A stretch of DNA of 63,922 nt, the filler included, from Phoronis australis (taxonomy: Eukaryota > Animalia > Phoronida), in assembly GCA_002633005.1 (NCBI GenBank). It is 7 parts of 7 records of this genome, joined end to end, with 100 filler letters (N's around TTAATTAATTAA, not from the genome) between each part and the next. Parts side by side here need not be neighbours in the genome. Positions count along the whole stretch, not along the records: positions 24,186 to 43,230 come from NMRA01001210.1; positions 43,331 to 49,377 come from NMRA01002236.1; positions 49,478 to 53,333 come from NMRA01002806.1; 4 more parts are not named here. One strand, 5' to 3'. Positions 36,955 to 51,600 of the stretch are shown piece after piece. Every line of letters begins with the position of its first letter. Positions within the stretch are counted from its first letter, which is position 1. Under the pieces are notes generated by a model. That model saw only the letters and a list, made by a program, of their open reading frames with translations. It was not told where the DNA came from and did no database searches. Both the position numbers and the translations under genes were made by a program.

Positions 36955-37727
36955 GTGAGATCATCATGTCTACCTCACCATTACCAGGTTATGGGTAGAT
37001 ATTGAATTATTTTGCATTAGAACTCATTTTTATAATTCAGACATGCCCTCAATATTTTGGTCGAACCCCTGTTGTTCCACTTTGGACCAGTGAGCCATAA
37101 TCTGGACCTTGTGAAGCCCGTTGCTATCCTTAGAAACCTGGTTATAGCTAGCAAAGTAATTCCAGTGAGCTAGTGTGTCTTATAACGCATTCACATATCA
37201 GACTTTGATGAGGTCTGATCAGCTGCTTAAACATAAGGTGTCTTATGTTATTATCTACTGTTCTACAACTGTTTAGCCTGGTACTGTTTATGTGCAGTGT
37301 AAAATGCTAATATTCTGACCAGTTACGTGTGGTCACCATAGGTAACTAGAGCTTATTCAAAATTATCGTCATTGGAAGATTACTTCTAACGGTAAGAAGG
37401 CAGATTTGTCGAAAAATTTGATGGCGAGTGGTGAGAAGGTAGACTATACATGCGACACTCATTCGCTTGATTTGATACTTCATATAAAGCAGTTTTGGTC
37501 GAATAAGACATTTGATTTGTGTTCACATTAACCATTCTATGAATACATGTGAATAATAATTAGATATCAACGATTTCTATGTTTCATCGTACAAGTTTTA
37601 TCATGATTTCTTATAACTTGGCAATGATGATTAATCAAAAGAGGTTTTCCAAGAACGATGTTATGAATGACGATAAGCCTCATATCAGTTTGATGGTCAT
37701 TTCTCATCAGCCTGATATTAGTTAACT

Positions 37728-37865
37728 ACTAATGGTAATGATAATAAATTATGATTTAATAATGGAAGTAGTAATAATAATAATGACAATAATAATAATA
37801 ACCATTATAATGATAAAAACAATGATGATAATAATGATAATAATTACTATTATAATAAACATAAA
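37728..37865. repeat. Degenerate (AAT/GAT)n microsatellite
   Basis: Runs of aataataat / gatgataat. Confidence 0.8.
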
Positions 37866-38008
37866 ACTTACGTAACGGAAATTCGTGACTATGAGGCCTT
37901 GCCTGACCTGGCTGAGTCCATTACGTGACCCTAGTGGTCAGCCAATGGTCTTACATACTTGTTCTGTATTGGCAGTGATATACTACTCTCACCTTTCTGT
38001 TATTACAG

Positions 38009-38122
38009 GTGATCCAGAGGAGATACTTCGCACGAGACAACAGTGCCCCTGTGCAAGAAAAACAGACCAGACGGCCTGTGTCAAACTATGGTGCTAGCTT
38101 CAAGTCAGCTCACTATGACTAG
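38009..38122 (+). CDS. RABL3: RABL3 coding exon 7 (terminal, TAG stop)
   Basis: VIQRRYFARDNSAPVQEKQTRRPVSNYGASFKSAHYD*, ending in the KSxHYD tail of RABL3; the spliced product is about 231 aa. Confidence 0.94.
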   Translation: MIQRRYFARDNSAPVQEKQTRRPVSNYGASFKSAHYD

Positions 38123-41100
38123 ATTGTGTAGCCTGTTAATACCCTTGTCTTTCAACATTGTTTGATGTGCAAACAGTACTGGAAACATCTAACTTGAGTT
38201 GGAAAACTTATCATCTCCGGCATGATGCTTTAAAAGATGAGCATCTCTGTATCGTTGTTCAGCAAGTTGTCTGCATTGTGATGGCAGCTATCTGCAGCGG
38301 TTCATCAGTGCAGAATGCAGCTTTTCAAACAATGCGAGAAAAAGCAAGATGAAAGCCAGATTGGAGTGAAGAAAATGAACAAATAATAAAACAAGCAACG
38401 ACAACAGGGGAATAGTTGGTCATAACATGCCCGGATTTTGAGATCAGTTTTCTCCACTGAATATCACGCGTCAAACTGGTTTTCAAAACATGGGAGAGTT
38501 ATATTGCACTATTCCCAAATGCAGCAACAGAGAGCAGAAAGAAGGTGCTGAAAGAAATAGCCAATGAGCTTGATTCACTTAAATGTCAAATAACTGTAGT
38601 CTTACGAGCTGTATCTAATATCTCTTGCAATGTTCGTTTGATGTCTAAAATGTTAGGATTATCCTATGCAACATTTTTCGGTATCTTATTGAAGGGATAT
38701 TATCAGTTTTCCATTTAAAAAAAACAAATTTTGAGGGCTATAGTTGGATTTTTGAAGTTATTAGCTTCAACCAGAGCTGTAAAACAACAAAATCTGTTGT
38801 TTTTTTATTTTTTCACATATTGGCTATTCTTGCCATTGTCTTCCAGACATTTGCTGAAATCAAGGCTAGTGTCTTTACCTTTTAGATACGCTTAAAATAC
38901 TCTGCTATTTATTGAGTGGTGTTTATCTCCAACAGCAGAGCATTAGGCTGTGACCATGTGGGTTGTATGTTCGATTCATTGCTGAGACTGATCTCAAAAA
39001 TTACTTTTCTCTCTGATAATGTCCCTTTCAGTGAACCCAGTTTCATTCCATCCGGGGTGTCCACATTATGTAACGGCTAGTTCATACAACCTGACATGTA
39101 AGTTGCAGCAACTCTCTTTGTTCAACAGTTGCACAACAGTCAGCTACTGTGACAGGGTGCCCACGGATGGGACAAACCGTTGCTTGACGGTTGAGTTGCT
39201 GACAAAGCATGCGTAATGCACATTGTGGTATTTTTTCTAATTAATTGAACACACTAATTGTCAGTGTGAATATCACGCAAAATTACCTGCAATATGTCTA
39301 ATGTTTTCTCTTTTAATCAAAGAGAAATTAAATCTGTGCAACTGCACAACAGTACTTGCTAAAAATCCTTAAGCCATCGGGAGCATCCCGCTACCTTGTT
39401 GAGGAATGGTAGAATGACTACAAGGAAACGAGATGCTTCCAAAGGCTTAAAGTATTTTTAGTTAGCACCATAGTTCAGTTGTATAGATCATATTTCTTGT
39501 GAACTTTTTTGGATGGATAAAGACTTCCATTTCAAGATTTTCAATTTTCTTTGTCATCAGTTTAGGTTGTTGCTGTATCTGTTGATTATTGCTATTGAGA
39601 AGCTTAAAAATTTGCTAATATTTTGGGAGTAGTTCATTGTTTTGGTATTTTATCATATCCATAAAAAATCTCAGTTGGACATGTTGTACAAAAGGCAAGC
39701 AGTCTTTGAAATCAAAGTGGTTGAAGCTGGAATGGTTTGTCTTTGAATAGAGGGATTGGGTTTTCTGTGTTGGTTTATGTAGAGTTATGCTGGGTGAATA
39801 GCTTGAGCCAAGGTCGCTCGTAGTGTAACCTCTCATAACTAACAACTTGTTATAGGTTAGTCTCATGTAGACAGTGACAGATGCATGACAACATTAGGTA
39901 AAACAAACTTATTGGTCTTATCACTTTCAAAACTTGCTAAAATGTCATGCAGTAGTTTATACCAAAAACCTATTCAAAGCGCTCTGTCTCTGTCAAAGTA
40001 GGCCGCTCCCATTCACTTGGCCTAGGGGGATGTTTGGCAAAAGCAAAAACTTGTGAGTGAACCCTGTGTTGGGATTAGATTTTTCAGGAATATGTTAGAC
40101 ATTGATGCTTAGATGGGAGTGGCAAACTGGTTGAGTGGGGTCAACTAAGGTATGGTAAATATTGTAGGCAAAATACTACAAACCAGTTGATGTCTCAAAT
40201 CTTCAGCGCAATTCTACATGTTCAGTATCCCCTCTGTGGAGGTGATTCTCACTGTACTGTTGGTCATATGAAAGTGTATGTCAGTCTGGTGACTAGAATA
40301 AATGCTGGAGAAACTATGTTTGTTTCACTACAGGGGATATCAATGGTTTGGAAGGTTATGCAGGACCCTCAAAAACTAAATTGGCAAATTTCGGAAAATA
40401 ATATCTTGGAAATGGATTAGACTTTCACATACCATGCTTTATACACTGTTATACGAATGGATGATAACATTATGAGACTTTCAGACACATAACATGCTGT
40501 ATACACTGTTATACAAATGCTGTTACTAATTATTACTTAGTTTCCATTTTTGCATGATAGGCTATCAAAAAAGGACTTTTATAATTTTATGAAAAAATGA
40601 AAAGTTGCAGAGAAGGAAAATGAAATGATAATTTTAGAAAACTGTAACAGGTTTTTTGAGATTTCATCTTGAACATTTATATCCAACGAAATGTAGTCTT
40701 GTTGTTGATACGTTTTTGCTATGTCCATACCTTTTGGCTAAATTTTACTAAAAAGACATGGTCAACTGATCCAAAAAATAGAAGACTGGTGTCAAGTCAA
40801 ACATCGAATTTTAAAGTCTTTCTATATATTGATATAAAGTCAAAAATTAAATTATACAGTCTTTCTACTTTCACAAAATATATACTTTCAGAAAATACAT
40901 ACTTTTACGGAGTTAAATCCCATAGTTTTGTAGGTATTTGGCTAAATACAGCGACGAGTCCATAAGGTCCTACATGCACTTGCCTTCCATAATAACCAAC
41001 TTTTGGTTTGAACCACTTAGGCCTACTTTTACGATATTTGTCTCATTGCTCCTTAGACAGAATGGAGATGATTTCAGGTACTCGAAAAAATGGCAGTCCG

Positions 41101-42006
41101 TTGTAAATGAGATCAGGCTTCGCAAGTTGGTTTTGTCACCATATATCATTTTATGCAAGTAACGAACTCTGTCTCATAAGAAAGAAGCCGAGACCAATTT
41201 TACAGCACTAAGTGGTCTACCAGCTTAAAAGTTCCCTTCTTGGTCAGCGAGAACCGGGGTTTGTAGCCGCTTTAAAAAGGTATTTCTACATTGCCAATAT
41301 GACCAAAAGCATTTTTAGCCAGGTGGACCAAGGATGTCTCAAGCAGGGACCCAACAACAATTTCCGACCGACAGATGTTCCCCCACACTCATGGCCTCTT
41401 AAGATAAAAACGAGACGTACATTCATACAGTCCACTGTTAATTGACATTTCTGAGCCACGGTCGCCTGGACCTCGTGCTCAAACCGGCCATGGGACCGAC
41501 CAGTGCCGCAGTGATTTATTGTTGGTGATATTATTAGTGGATAATCAGGACATCTTACGTGAAAAACATATGTTTTTTTTCACCACGGAGTTCGGTAAGT
41601 TTATCGTTGTCAGATTTAGTACGAAAAGCTGTTGTATGGCGTTTTCAAACGGGTGCATACCGTTATACCGTACTTAGCCTTGTTCAGAGATCTACGTCGT
41701 TCAGTGTGTTGGGTTCGAAGGGTGCTCTACCTGACACGATTTTTTATTGGTTAGGTAGTTATCAATCGACATTGATGCCTAACGTCGGCGATGTTTCTAA
41801 TTGGCCGGGTGACGTTCCTTGAGCAAAATTTTATGCTTATTGTCCCTGCAGTCGACTCGGCTGTTCAGGTCACTGTGGTTAGTCATGTGCTGGTCACAAA
41901 GATGATGTCAAAATGCACCAGTCGACTGTGACAGGTCAAGAAAATGAGAGGGCTTGCGATGGTGTCACATATAATATGGGGGGGCATAAAATGTGTAGTA
42001 ATCAGC

Positions 42007-42151
42007 CTGGGGCGGATCCAGGATTTTGTGTTAGGGGGGGCCAGGTAAATTAGCCAGGGTATGCCCTTCACAGACATTCGCACCCCCGAGTGCCACATGA
42101 AATCTGGAGGAATTTTATGGGGGCCATGGCCCCCCGTTAAATCCGCCACTG
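42007..42151. mobile_element. GGGGCGGATCCAGG-type MITE (hAT-like)
   Basis: ggggcggatccagg ... aaatccgccactg ends; a related end (cagtggcggattta...ggggccatggtcccc) occurs at 59979. Confidence 0.5.
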
Positions 42152-45100
42152 ACAGTGGGGTTGTGTGGAATAAAACGAAACAGACATATGTTGCACAAAA
42201 GCACATGTCATACTCTAACTTTATGCGCGTGAACCGCGAGTCATGCCGCAATGCAAAATAATAGTCCGCCGGCAAAAAATGTGTTATTTGCTTGTTTTTT
42301 TTTTGTGCTGGAGAACTACTTTAGGTTTGGTTTGCAGATAATGTGAGAAGTATTTAAGATATAGTTGCCTTAGACCCCCTCTCTTCAGTTAGCCGGCCTC
42401 CGGAGTTTGGCTACGAACCGGGTGCGTAACGCAAGGACCTACGCTATACGGAATTTCCGTAGATAAGCCCATGAGTGTGTATTCAGAAAAATTTCAGGCG
42501 TTTTAGGAACACCAAGTGAACGCCCGCGGGCGTTTATTCGGAAAAGGGAGCGTGTCAGTAAACGGAAAGCCATAGTTTTACTTGACTTGACACTGTTTTA
42601 CTTCAGTTAAAATTGCGTTTTTAAATTTTTTTGTTGATAAATGCATAGTTCGCCAACCATGTCGTGAACACATCCACTACCACAAGAAACTGTAGGAACA
42701 CCGCATTTGTCCACCTTTACTCTTATCAGGCTTCTATTGTGAGTCAGCATGCGTGAATAATTGGCTGATAAGCCACCTATGGAACTACTTTTGGCTGAAT
42801 GGATGACCAGGCCATAAAACGATAATTAGCCAAGACCAGTTAACTAATGCAACAAAGAATAATTTCGTTGCATCACCTAGCCTTGGTGGAAAGATGTATA
42901 CTGTATTGGCTCCAATAGCGCTTAGAAAAATTAATTTCACAGGGAGGGGACGCTTTTTGTAGCCTAAGGCACTTGAAACCCGGTTTCCGAAACGCCTGGT
43001 AAAATCGGAAGCTAGGATTCATCAAATTTATGCTCTGTGACGTATTTGTAGCCTATGACAGCCATTTTACAAAATTGTGGTGCATTGCTATCAAACTCCG
43101 TTGTTAAATTACGATCATTTTTCAAAAAATTGTGCTGAAATTCTAGGGCGAAAACTTGCCGACTGATAGGTCGCTGAATCGCGATCGTCAATAGGAAAAC
43201 TTGAATTCTTGAATAAAAATATAGTTTCGANNNNNNNNNNNNNNNNNNNNNNNNNNNNNNNNNNNNNNNNNNNNTTAATTAATTAANNNNNNNNNNNNNN
43301 NNNNNNNNNNNNNNNNNNNNNNNNNNNNNNTAGTGGTGCATGTTGTCATAAACAGCAGCCATGACACGATAAACCGACTTATGGATCCTGTGTTCTCAAC
43401 CAACAACAAAATTATCATTTTTATCGGAGCCCCTGGAATCACCTGCACCTGGAAAGAGAATAATTTGAAATCAATTTCATAACAATAACTGGTCGAAAAT
43501 CACCCTACATACCAGCTTTGTATGAATCATAGACTACATTGTTTCATATAATTTGATCCCTTGTGTTAATCAATTAATCAATCACGGAGCCAAAAATGAC
43601 ACGCACACGCAACCAGGTGTAAAGAATGGAATACAATGGGTGATTTCGAAGAAATTTACTGTACGGGCACGTTCTTATAAAAATATCAATGCTCCAATTC
43701 TTCTGGCAGTTCGTCGAGCATTGTCTCTCCCTGGGTATAGTTGAAGAACATTACCTGAGGTAAGACCCTTAAACACTTCCATCTGATGTTGAGTTTTTGA
43801 CAGTTTTCTTCCCCGGTTCACTTGTTTTTGTAATGATTCGGCCATGAGTCCTGTCCTCGAACCAACCTTAATAGAAGCCAGACTAGTTTCTTAAACGACA
43901 GACAGACGCCCGAGGCAATAATGGAGCTGACTACCATAAAATCCCAATTCCAGATAGTTCGTAAATTAATTGTTCCACATGTATCAAACATGGTGACGTC
44001 CAAAGCAGAGCAAAAATTGTGGCTAATAGGTAATTCAAATTCAAAATTCGAGGATAAAACACGGGTGTATTTTTAGAACTGCATTCATTTTGACTGATCC
44101 GTAAAGATCTTAAAGAAGCTTCAAGAAAATTGTATCGCTTGAATTTCGCTGTATTTACGCACAATGCCGTAAACATTCCTCATTCATATTTGTTGCCTCG
44201 ATTTCATACCACTGAAATTTCACATCAAGTTATTTGTTGCTGTCTGATTCCGTTTACAAGTGTTTTCTCGGTTGCATTACTCTATTCGTCCTTCCAACGC
44301 CAACGAAGTATTACCACTGTGCTGTGGGCTGCCACTTCAACATTTTTTACATTAAACCCGCACCTTCCGTTAACAAAACGACTTCTGATTTTGAAGACTT
44401 TTCGTGACAGAATCTCATTTAACCTTTTACTCAGATTAGAACCGATATCAAAGCTTGGAAATTGTGCCACTTAGTTTCGGCTTCAGATCAGTTTCGTCAC
44501 CGTTGCTTATAACGGTGAGTTAGTTTCAGCTGCCGAAGCAATATAGACGTAATAGGGAATTCGTTTCGTTGTAACCGAATAAATTTAGACAAAAGATGAG
44601 AACGCGAAGAGCAAATGCGCCTTTCAAGAAAACTGTTCACAAAAACCCAAACTAATTTGTTTGCAATCGGGTAAACACACTCGTTTTACCTTTTTATTAT
44701 TATCCACCTTGCGAATAGTAAAGCAAGCTGGGCGTGGCACACAGCGATTTCCTTGAACCGTAATATATCTCTACATGAACCGCCCAAGCTACGTTTCCAT
44801 GTTTGCTGCTGTTGAACTTTATTTCCACAGTTTACGAGATTTCCCCTTAGTTTCGATGTATCGTTGATTTGTTTTAATTGCTCATACTTTGCATTTTGGC
44901 CTCCGCCGACTATAAATCTGCAAGAAATATGTTTTTCTGTTATAGCCACTTAACAAGCAGCTACTTTGGCAAAAATATAAAATTTACGTGGATCAACGGT
45001 AGAAATCCTTTTGAAAACGGGTTAATTTATGGATAATGCTCAATGAACGTCGGGAAAATCTGCATCATACGCCACCTCTCTCCCCAAACAGCAAATACAA

Positions 45101-48100
45101 CGGTCTCCTGTGAAGATTACCAGGCATCATTTCACTAGATATCGATCATGTTATGGTGTCGGAATGTGAAATAGGTTTTATTAGTTCGTGTGAATAATCT
45201 AAAATCAGAGGCTTTTTATAAATTAAAATTTGCACACCTAATTCCTATTCGCTAACGTCATTTTGATGTTGTGAACCCAATCAAATAAGATTAAAAACAA
45301 GACGATAATTAGGTCACTTTTAAGTAGCTCTGTAAGAAAATTATTACCGGACCATGAAACTGGTCAATCCCAATCCTTCTGAAGTCTCCGGGAGCATAGT
45401 GTTATCTGACAACACCGATTAATCCAAACACATGATTTTGTAAAGAGTGCATAATTGCCCTTCCAGGTTACCTGAATCAGAAAAAATCTAAGACCTCAAA
45501 ATTTTCGGAAATTTCTAATTGAGGGTTCTAATCGCGTCATAACTGTGGCAAATAAGTCATCATTAAACAATCGAATATTTGAGTTTGGCTATTTGACATC
45601 GCCATTATAAATTAGTAAACTGTTATTTAAAGACAAAAAGTAGTCGTTGAACGACTATAACGGCTTTTTGGAACACTGAACCTAGTAATCGCCTATAGTT
45701 GACAATGGCTATGTTATTTCCCCAGTGATAGTTACCTGCACTTTTGTATTGAGTTGTATGCGTTGTGTTTCTTTTACGCGCTATGAAATGCTGCCACCAT
45801 GGTCTTGTTTACTTTTTACCATGTAAGTGTTACGCAATAAGCATGCAGCTCTTGATTTCAGCACCTTTCATTCAACGATAATCAGGTACCTACTAGGCGT
45901 TCCTTAGGACCCTACCAGTGGAGGCTTGTCCATTCCTCGGGAGAGTAGTTGAAGTAGAGAATAATGTTCATAGGAAAATTAGATGTTGTTTAAAACCCCG
46001 AACAATAAATACACAAAAATATGTTATCATGTAAAAAACTGTTTGCTTTCAAACTTAATCCATGGTCTCGTTTATTGAATTAAAATCCAGTTTCGAATTA
46101 ACTTTCGTCGAACACTTTTATGCCACGGGTTATGAAATTGCACACTTACAGACGAAAAGCATTACTTGTGTATTGATTGATTTGATGTTGTAATAGCAAG
46201 CTTATGAGATATTTTATAATTTTATGAAATTATCTTCTTGAAATTTGAACTTCCAAACGACGGATAACTTCATTTTATATGCGGATTGACGAAATGTCAC
46301 AGATTTTACGACAGCTTACATAGCTTCTCTAAGAGGGGCCTGGTGTCAAGCGGGTATCAGCCGGAGCCCTACCTGGTGGTTCGAGAAAAGTATTACTAAC
46401 AACTCTCCTTCGGTTACAATAATAACCACTCGATTAGCTCGTCAACAAGTTGTAGCGTTTAACACCCATGAAGAACTGAGAGTGCAATTATTACATAGTT
46501 TGTACAGCTCCTACTTCACCTATTGTTTCTGCAGATTCCTACTTTTTGAACATTGCATCAAAGAAAAATGCCTATTTTTTGCTTTTCACTGGTAATGTGT
46601 GTTCTATAACTGGAAATCATTTTTTGTCTGAGAAGTAAACTATCATTTAAAAGTGGATTTTTGTCTCATTGGAATTTTATCAGTTTTTAATAAAAAATGT
46701 CTTCATTGCAAGTTCAAAACATTTTCCAAAAAAACTCCTTTGCGCTTTTGAACTGATTCGATCGAGTGTTTTGGATTTTTTATGTTTTTCACAAAGACTA
46801 TTAAAATTGTAAAGTGTCTTACATTCTCTAAATATAAAAGGGTCCTCCTCAGTGAATTAAGCTGCCATAACCATGTAAGCCTCTTTAAGCAGATTTATTG
46901 TTTCATCATGATACAGTAGCTATGAGGACAGATGTTATATATCCTAATGTTAAGTGGTACTACGGGAAATTTACTGAGCTTTTTTATAAAGGCAGCGTAT
47001 ATTCGGAAACTGCTTGAAATGAGCATGTCTTTTTAATGTATGTAGTTACATTCTACATGTAAAAATTTTCTTCGTCCATTTTTATTTCGCATTCATCAAA
47101 CACAGTGTGTTAAATCTGTCCTTCATACTGTGATAATACGATAAGTTGCCAACAAAGTCACCCAATGCCTCATTAAGTGATCAAAATCGGCAAAATAAAC
47201 AAAGCTTTATATCAAAACACAGTACATACCTATACAATCCATTAGACTTTCAAAGCATACAAACAGTTACCGAATATACGCCCATGGACATACTTCTGAA
47301 AAATTGATGGAATCATCACAAGTTGCTACCATGAAAAAATTGAACATTCTAATCTGTAACATCTTAATAAAGATTTACAACGGCTTAATCAATTATATTG
47401 GTGCATCTTATTCCGTTCGGTTGAATGCGTAAGCAAACAGGAAATCAATGTATTTTTGGGAAGCTCTGTGCTCGCCCACTGTTTGTCAAGAAGCCCTGAA
47501 GAACAAATGTCAATCGATCGTCACTTGTGGATCATTGTTCGCCTTCAGCACTTATTCGATAAATTACCAGATTAAGGTCACGTGGCTTCTTACAACACAA
47601 TGTCCAGAATGCAAACTGTTATTTTTGTTGTTGGGTCATGAGCAGATCTGAATCGTATTTCTTGTAGAGCTGCAGCAGAGAGAAGGAAAAACGAATATAA
47701 TTTACAAGTTTGGATAAGCATGGGATTGTAAAAACTCGCCATTAGTAAAGTGGTAAGGCTATGAGAAATGGAATCGGCAAAAGTAGACGGATAAATGTGA
47801 AAGCGCCGATTCACAGCGATAAACCAACAAGGTGGCGCTATAATAGATTACCGAAAATTAATTGCCGATATCTTGCAAGAACGCTCTTCACTAATGCAAT
47901 TAATTTTCAACATGCCACTGTCCGTCTTATCAACGACGACAGTGATGGAAATCACACGATTCCTAGAAATGATTTTTCGAAGAAATTGATGAAGCAATGT
48001 TCAATTGGCGATTAACGTTCCACGGCTTCTGTAGAAAAATTATAGAGCTCATTGCTTACTTTCCAGTTATCCTTAGTGCATATTCATCTTTGAAAGCTTA

Positions 48101-51100
48101 CTTAGTCTTCTTTGTTATATTTGTTTTACAATTTTCGTCGTCTATTTTAGTTTGACGTCTTCTTCCCTCTGATTCCCGTTTGTCTTCAGTTTTTTAGACT
48201 AAAGGACAGAGGTGTGCAGGGCTTCTACGCTTTGGGAGAGGTGGGCACTATTTTCAGGGATAGCCTCCAGTTCCTAACAGACATTTCTCCACACTTTCAA
48301 AATTGAAGAATAAACTTTCTAAAGGGAGGTATTAATTAATTTATAAACTGATGCTGTTTTATTGAATTCGTCCTTTTCTGTGTTCCGGTCCAACATGCCA
48401 GCGCCCCCTGCCATAAGAGGCCCTGATGATATTGCTTTTCTGTTCCTGTTCATTAATGGTGTGCCACTGGTTGGACAGGACTCCCTGTTGGCGACTTGCC
48501 TCTCTTAAATTGTTTCAGTCTGTAAAATTTTATATTTTGACTTGATAAGGGTGCACCCTATTGAAGGTGGTCCACAATGATTGAATCATTTGTCAGTCTC
48601 TTTCTTCATTTCAAACTTATGGTATCCTCTCATACTAATTAATACATGGTGACAAAGGTTAACCGGGGAATTTAAATAGACAAATTGTCCAATGACTGAC
48701 ATGTGCGACTGCAGAAATATTCAAGTAAAACATGAAGCCCTGATCATACATAGGTTGCAATAAGGTGAAACAGGTTTTGACTAGACTTACTCAAGACTTT
48801 GACTCAGAATAATATGGTTACAAGTGAGGGACAGAATTCAGAGCAACGGTGTACACGATGATCAACCACGTTCACATAATGGTCGCCCAGGTTGATAAAT
48901 TCCACTTCGTCACACATTACCAACCACCTTGCTTATTGCTTATTTCGCTGCTGTCATCACCACGTCGAATACAGTATTCACATATTCATGACTACTGCAA
49001 ACAAAAAGGTACATTCATTATTTTCATTTTAGTAACACGAAAACACTGACGAAAGAGTGTGTTCAACATGGCTGCTGTGGGGAAAACCCGCAAAATGCAG
49101 AGTGAGTACAAATACATTCTAGTGATGGTAGCCTTCTTGTGTCGTTTTATTAACTACGTCTCCTTTAGCGTCAGCAACAACCAATTACTGACTTGCAGAA
49201 CAATCGACAAATGTCATTTGGATCCACCAATGCTGTCGTGAGAAAATGCCTTATAGTTGTCTATGATCTGTTGTGCCAGCACCAATGAGCTATGCAATAA
49301 TATATCTCGCTGGCCAGCACATCTCTGGATGTTTACGGTCAGCACGCTCAGCCTGCGCACAAATGACGAGTATTGAANNNNNNNNNNNNNNNNNNNNNNN
49401 NNNNNNNNNNNNNNNNNNNNNTTAATTAATTAANNNNNNNNNNNNNNNNNNNNNNNNNNNNNNNNNNNNNNNNNNNNTAGAATCATATCCACAACAAACT
49501 GCCCTACAGCAGAATTCAAAAGAAAGTGAGTTCCATTCTTGCCGTCAATATTCTCTCCGCAAACAGCACAATCGAACTTCGTCAGACACAATTTGTCACA
49601 ACAGGAGTCGTCCATTTTGCCTTGCCTTGCCTGATCCCAGCTCAAAGAAGGTAGCAGGCCTAACGTCTAATGAACTGATAGTTCATGGCGATTGTTTTGC
49701 GCAGCACCGTCAAGAGAACGTGATTTGTATTGTACACGACGGACAGCCATGTTCGCTTGAACTCTTGTACGATTGGCACATTCTCCAGTAGTATTAGTCT
49801 GTGGAAGACGTTTCACGCAGATGCCACTAATTTAAGCCACAGACAAACAGTTTTGTCTTCTCAGTGCTATCGCCTGAACAATAAATTAGGGTCTTTGTTA
49901 ACGTCAGTTGCAGAAAAATACATGCCATTTCTAGTTCTGAGGGTATTAAGGTCACCCACTGACCTATTTATGAAAAGCGAGCTGCCAGCTGCCCTTTTGT
50001 CTCGCTAGCTTCAGAGTCTGGTCAAAGACGTTAAAACATTCTTATAGCGTCAAGGACGGTAGCGCAGCCTAGCGGGCGTGTGTGCGCTGACGAAGTACGC
50101 GAGGCGTTGGGCTACGGCCGATTTCAGTTTGTCAAATTCAAAATTGTGAAGTGCCTTTTGCTTAAAATATTGAAAACAAAAAAAAAAAAACAAAAAGAAA
50201 CATGAGCAGTGCCATGGAAAATACACATTGGCAAAATCTTGGGCAGTAAAGTAAGTTACGAGAAATACATCATAAGCAATTGACTCAGTAATCAGAAGTA
50301 AACAAGTGAAAATATGTGATTGGAGGATGAGCAGGTACAGAACATGAACGATTTTGTCCAGGGAGGTCAGGGAAGTAATAAACGTAAGACAGACCTGCTG
50401 AAGAAGATGAGAGAAAAAACGGGGGCGGCGCCCTCAACCGGCCCGAAAGTGGGGGCGGAAATAGCTTTCTTTCCCCGCCAATATTCCATACTCTCACACT
50501 CTCACATTCTCACACACTATCATACCCTCACACGTACACCACCCCCTCACACCCTAGCTCACGGCATACACCCTCACACACCGTCTCTAACACCCTCTCA
50601 GACACCCTCTCAGACACCTTCTCACATGCACACCCTCTCAAACTTGAAACACCGTCATCCTGCAGTCCTCACTTTGTCCGCTGAATGGCACAAGACTTGA
50701 CTGTCGACACAATTGTTCCATTTTCTCTAAACAGCTTTTAGACACGTCTACGCTGTGTCACGACTGGCTCTCGACTGCCGCATCCAGGTCGAACATTTGA
50801 ATGCACCCGGCCAACACAACAAGCTCATTTACCTATAAATATCCGGGCATCGCTGACTGTATACTCACGCCGGTGACTATGTTCACAATTGCTTATTATT
50901 TACAATAACGGTTTACGAGCTAAAGTTGAAGTCCAAAAACGAAACTGTTTATCGATGGCGAGTATATATGTACACAGTCATCGGCACAAATTCTAGCCCG
51001 GCATCCTGTTCAACATGTGCAAATTTTTACAAGCAACTCCTAGTGACGATCTTTTTAAAAAGAAATGCTATTCTAATTGTGATACTATGGTAAAAAAAGT

Positions 51101-51329
51101 AACATATATACGCTAAATTTGGCCAATAGTGAAATATATCAAATAAACTCAGGAAAATCGGGAACCCCAACTGGGAATAGAACCACAGGTCTCTATATTG
51201 CTAGTCTAGTAATCGTCTAACTTTTGCTGATTAAATAATTGGTCAAATATCGAGGAAAAAAGGAGAAACGTCGCTCGTAGGATGTAAGACACAACAGATG
51301 GATGCAAAAAGAAATACCACAGATATCGA

Positions 51330-51403
51330 GTCCTCAGTGGCTCAGTGGATGCAGCACAAGACCAGCAATCTGAAGGGCAGTGGTTCGATTCCCAGTGGAG
51401 ACG
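51330..51403 (+). pseudogene. tRNA-like sequence (tRNA pseudogene or SINE head; anticodon position AGC)
   Basis: Pol III A box TGGCTCAGTGG (51338-51348), B box GGTTCGATTCC (51382-51392), imperfect acceptor stem gtcctca/tggagac, weak anticodon stem. Confidence 0.55.
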
Positions 51404-51600
51404 GCACAAGACCAGCAACCTGAAGACCGGAGGCGGAGACGGCACAAGACCAGCAACCTGACTGAAGACCGGAGGCGGAGACGGCACAAGACCAGCAACC
51501 TGAAGACCCATGGCGGATAAGGCACAAGACCAGCAACCTGAAGACCGGAGGCGGAGACGGCACAAGACCAGCAACCTGAAGACCGGAGGCGGAGACGGCA
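51403..51600. repeat. About 38-bp minisatellite running into an assembly gap
   Basis: ggcacaagaccagcaacctgaagaccggaggcggagac repeated about 5 times. Confidence 0.9.

Noticed and set aside
38915-38990. Degenerate tRNA-like sequence (gttcgattc) downstream of RABL3
   Set aside because: The A box and stems are too decayed to support a tRNA or SINE call.
43686-44470. Short minus-strand ORFs (MAQFPSFDIG..., MAESLQKQVNRG...)
   Set aside because: No recognisable family and no consistent splice chain.
49478-49645. Cys-containing minus-strand frame (CDKLC...CAVCGE) as a zinc-finger or transposase fragment
   Set aside because: It is cut by a gap, lacks a complete motif and has stops in the upstream frame.
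50320-50700. 126-aa ORF (MEDEQVQNMNDFVQGG...HT-rich tail)
   Set aside because: The C-terminal half is a CA-rich simple repeat. The N-terminus vaguely recalls Crypton-like proteins but is too short to support a call.
51403-51600. 38-bp repeats as a CRISPR array
   Set aside because: The units are contiguous with no unique spacers, there are no cas genes and the context is eukaryotic.
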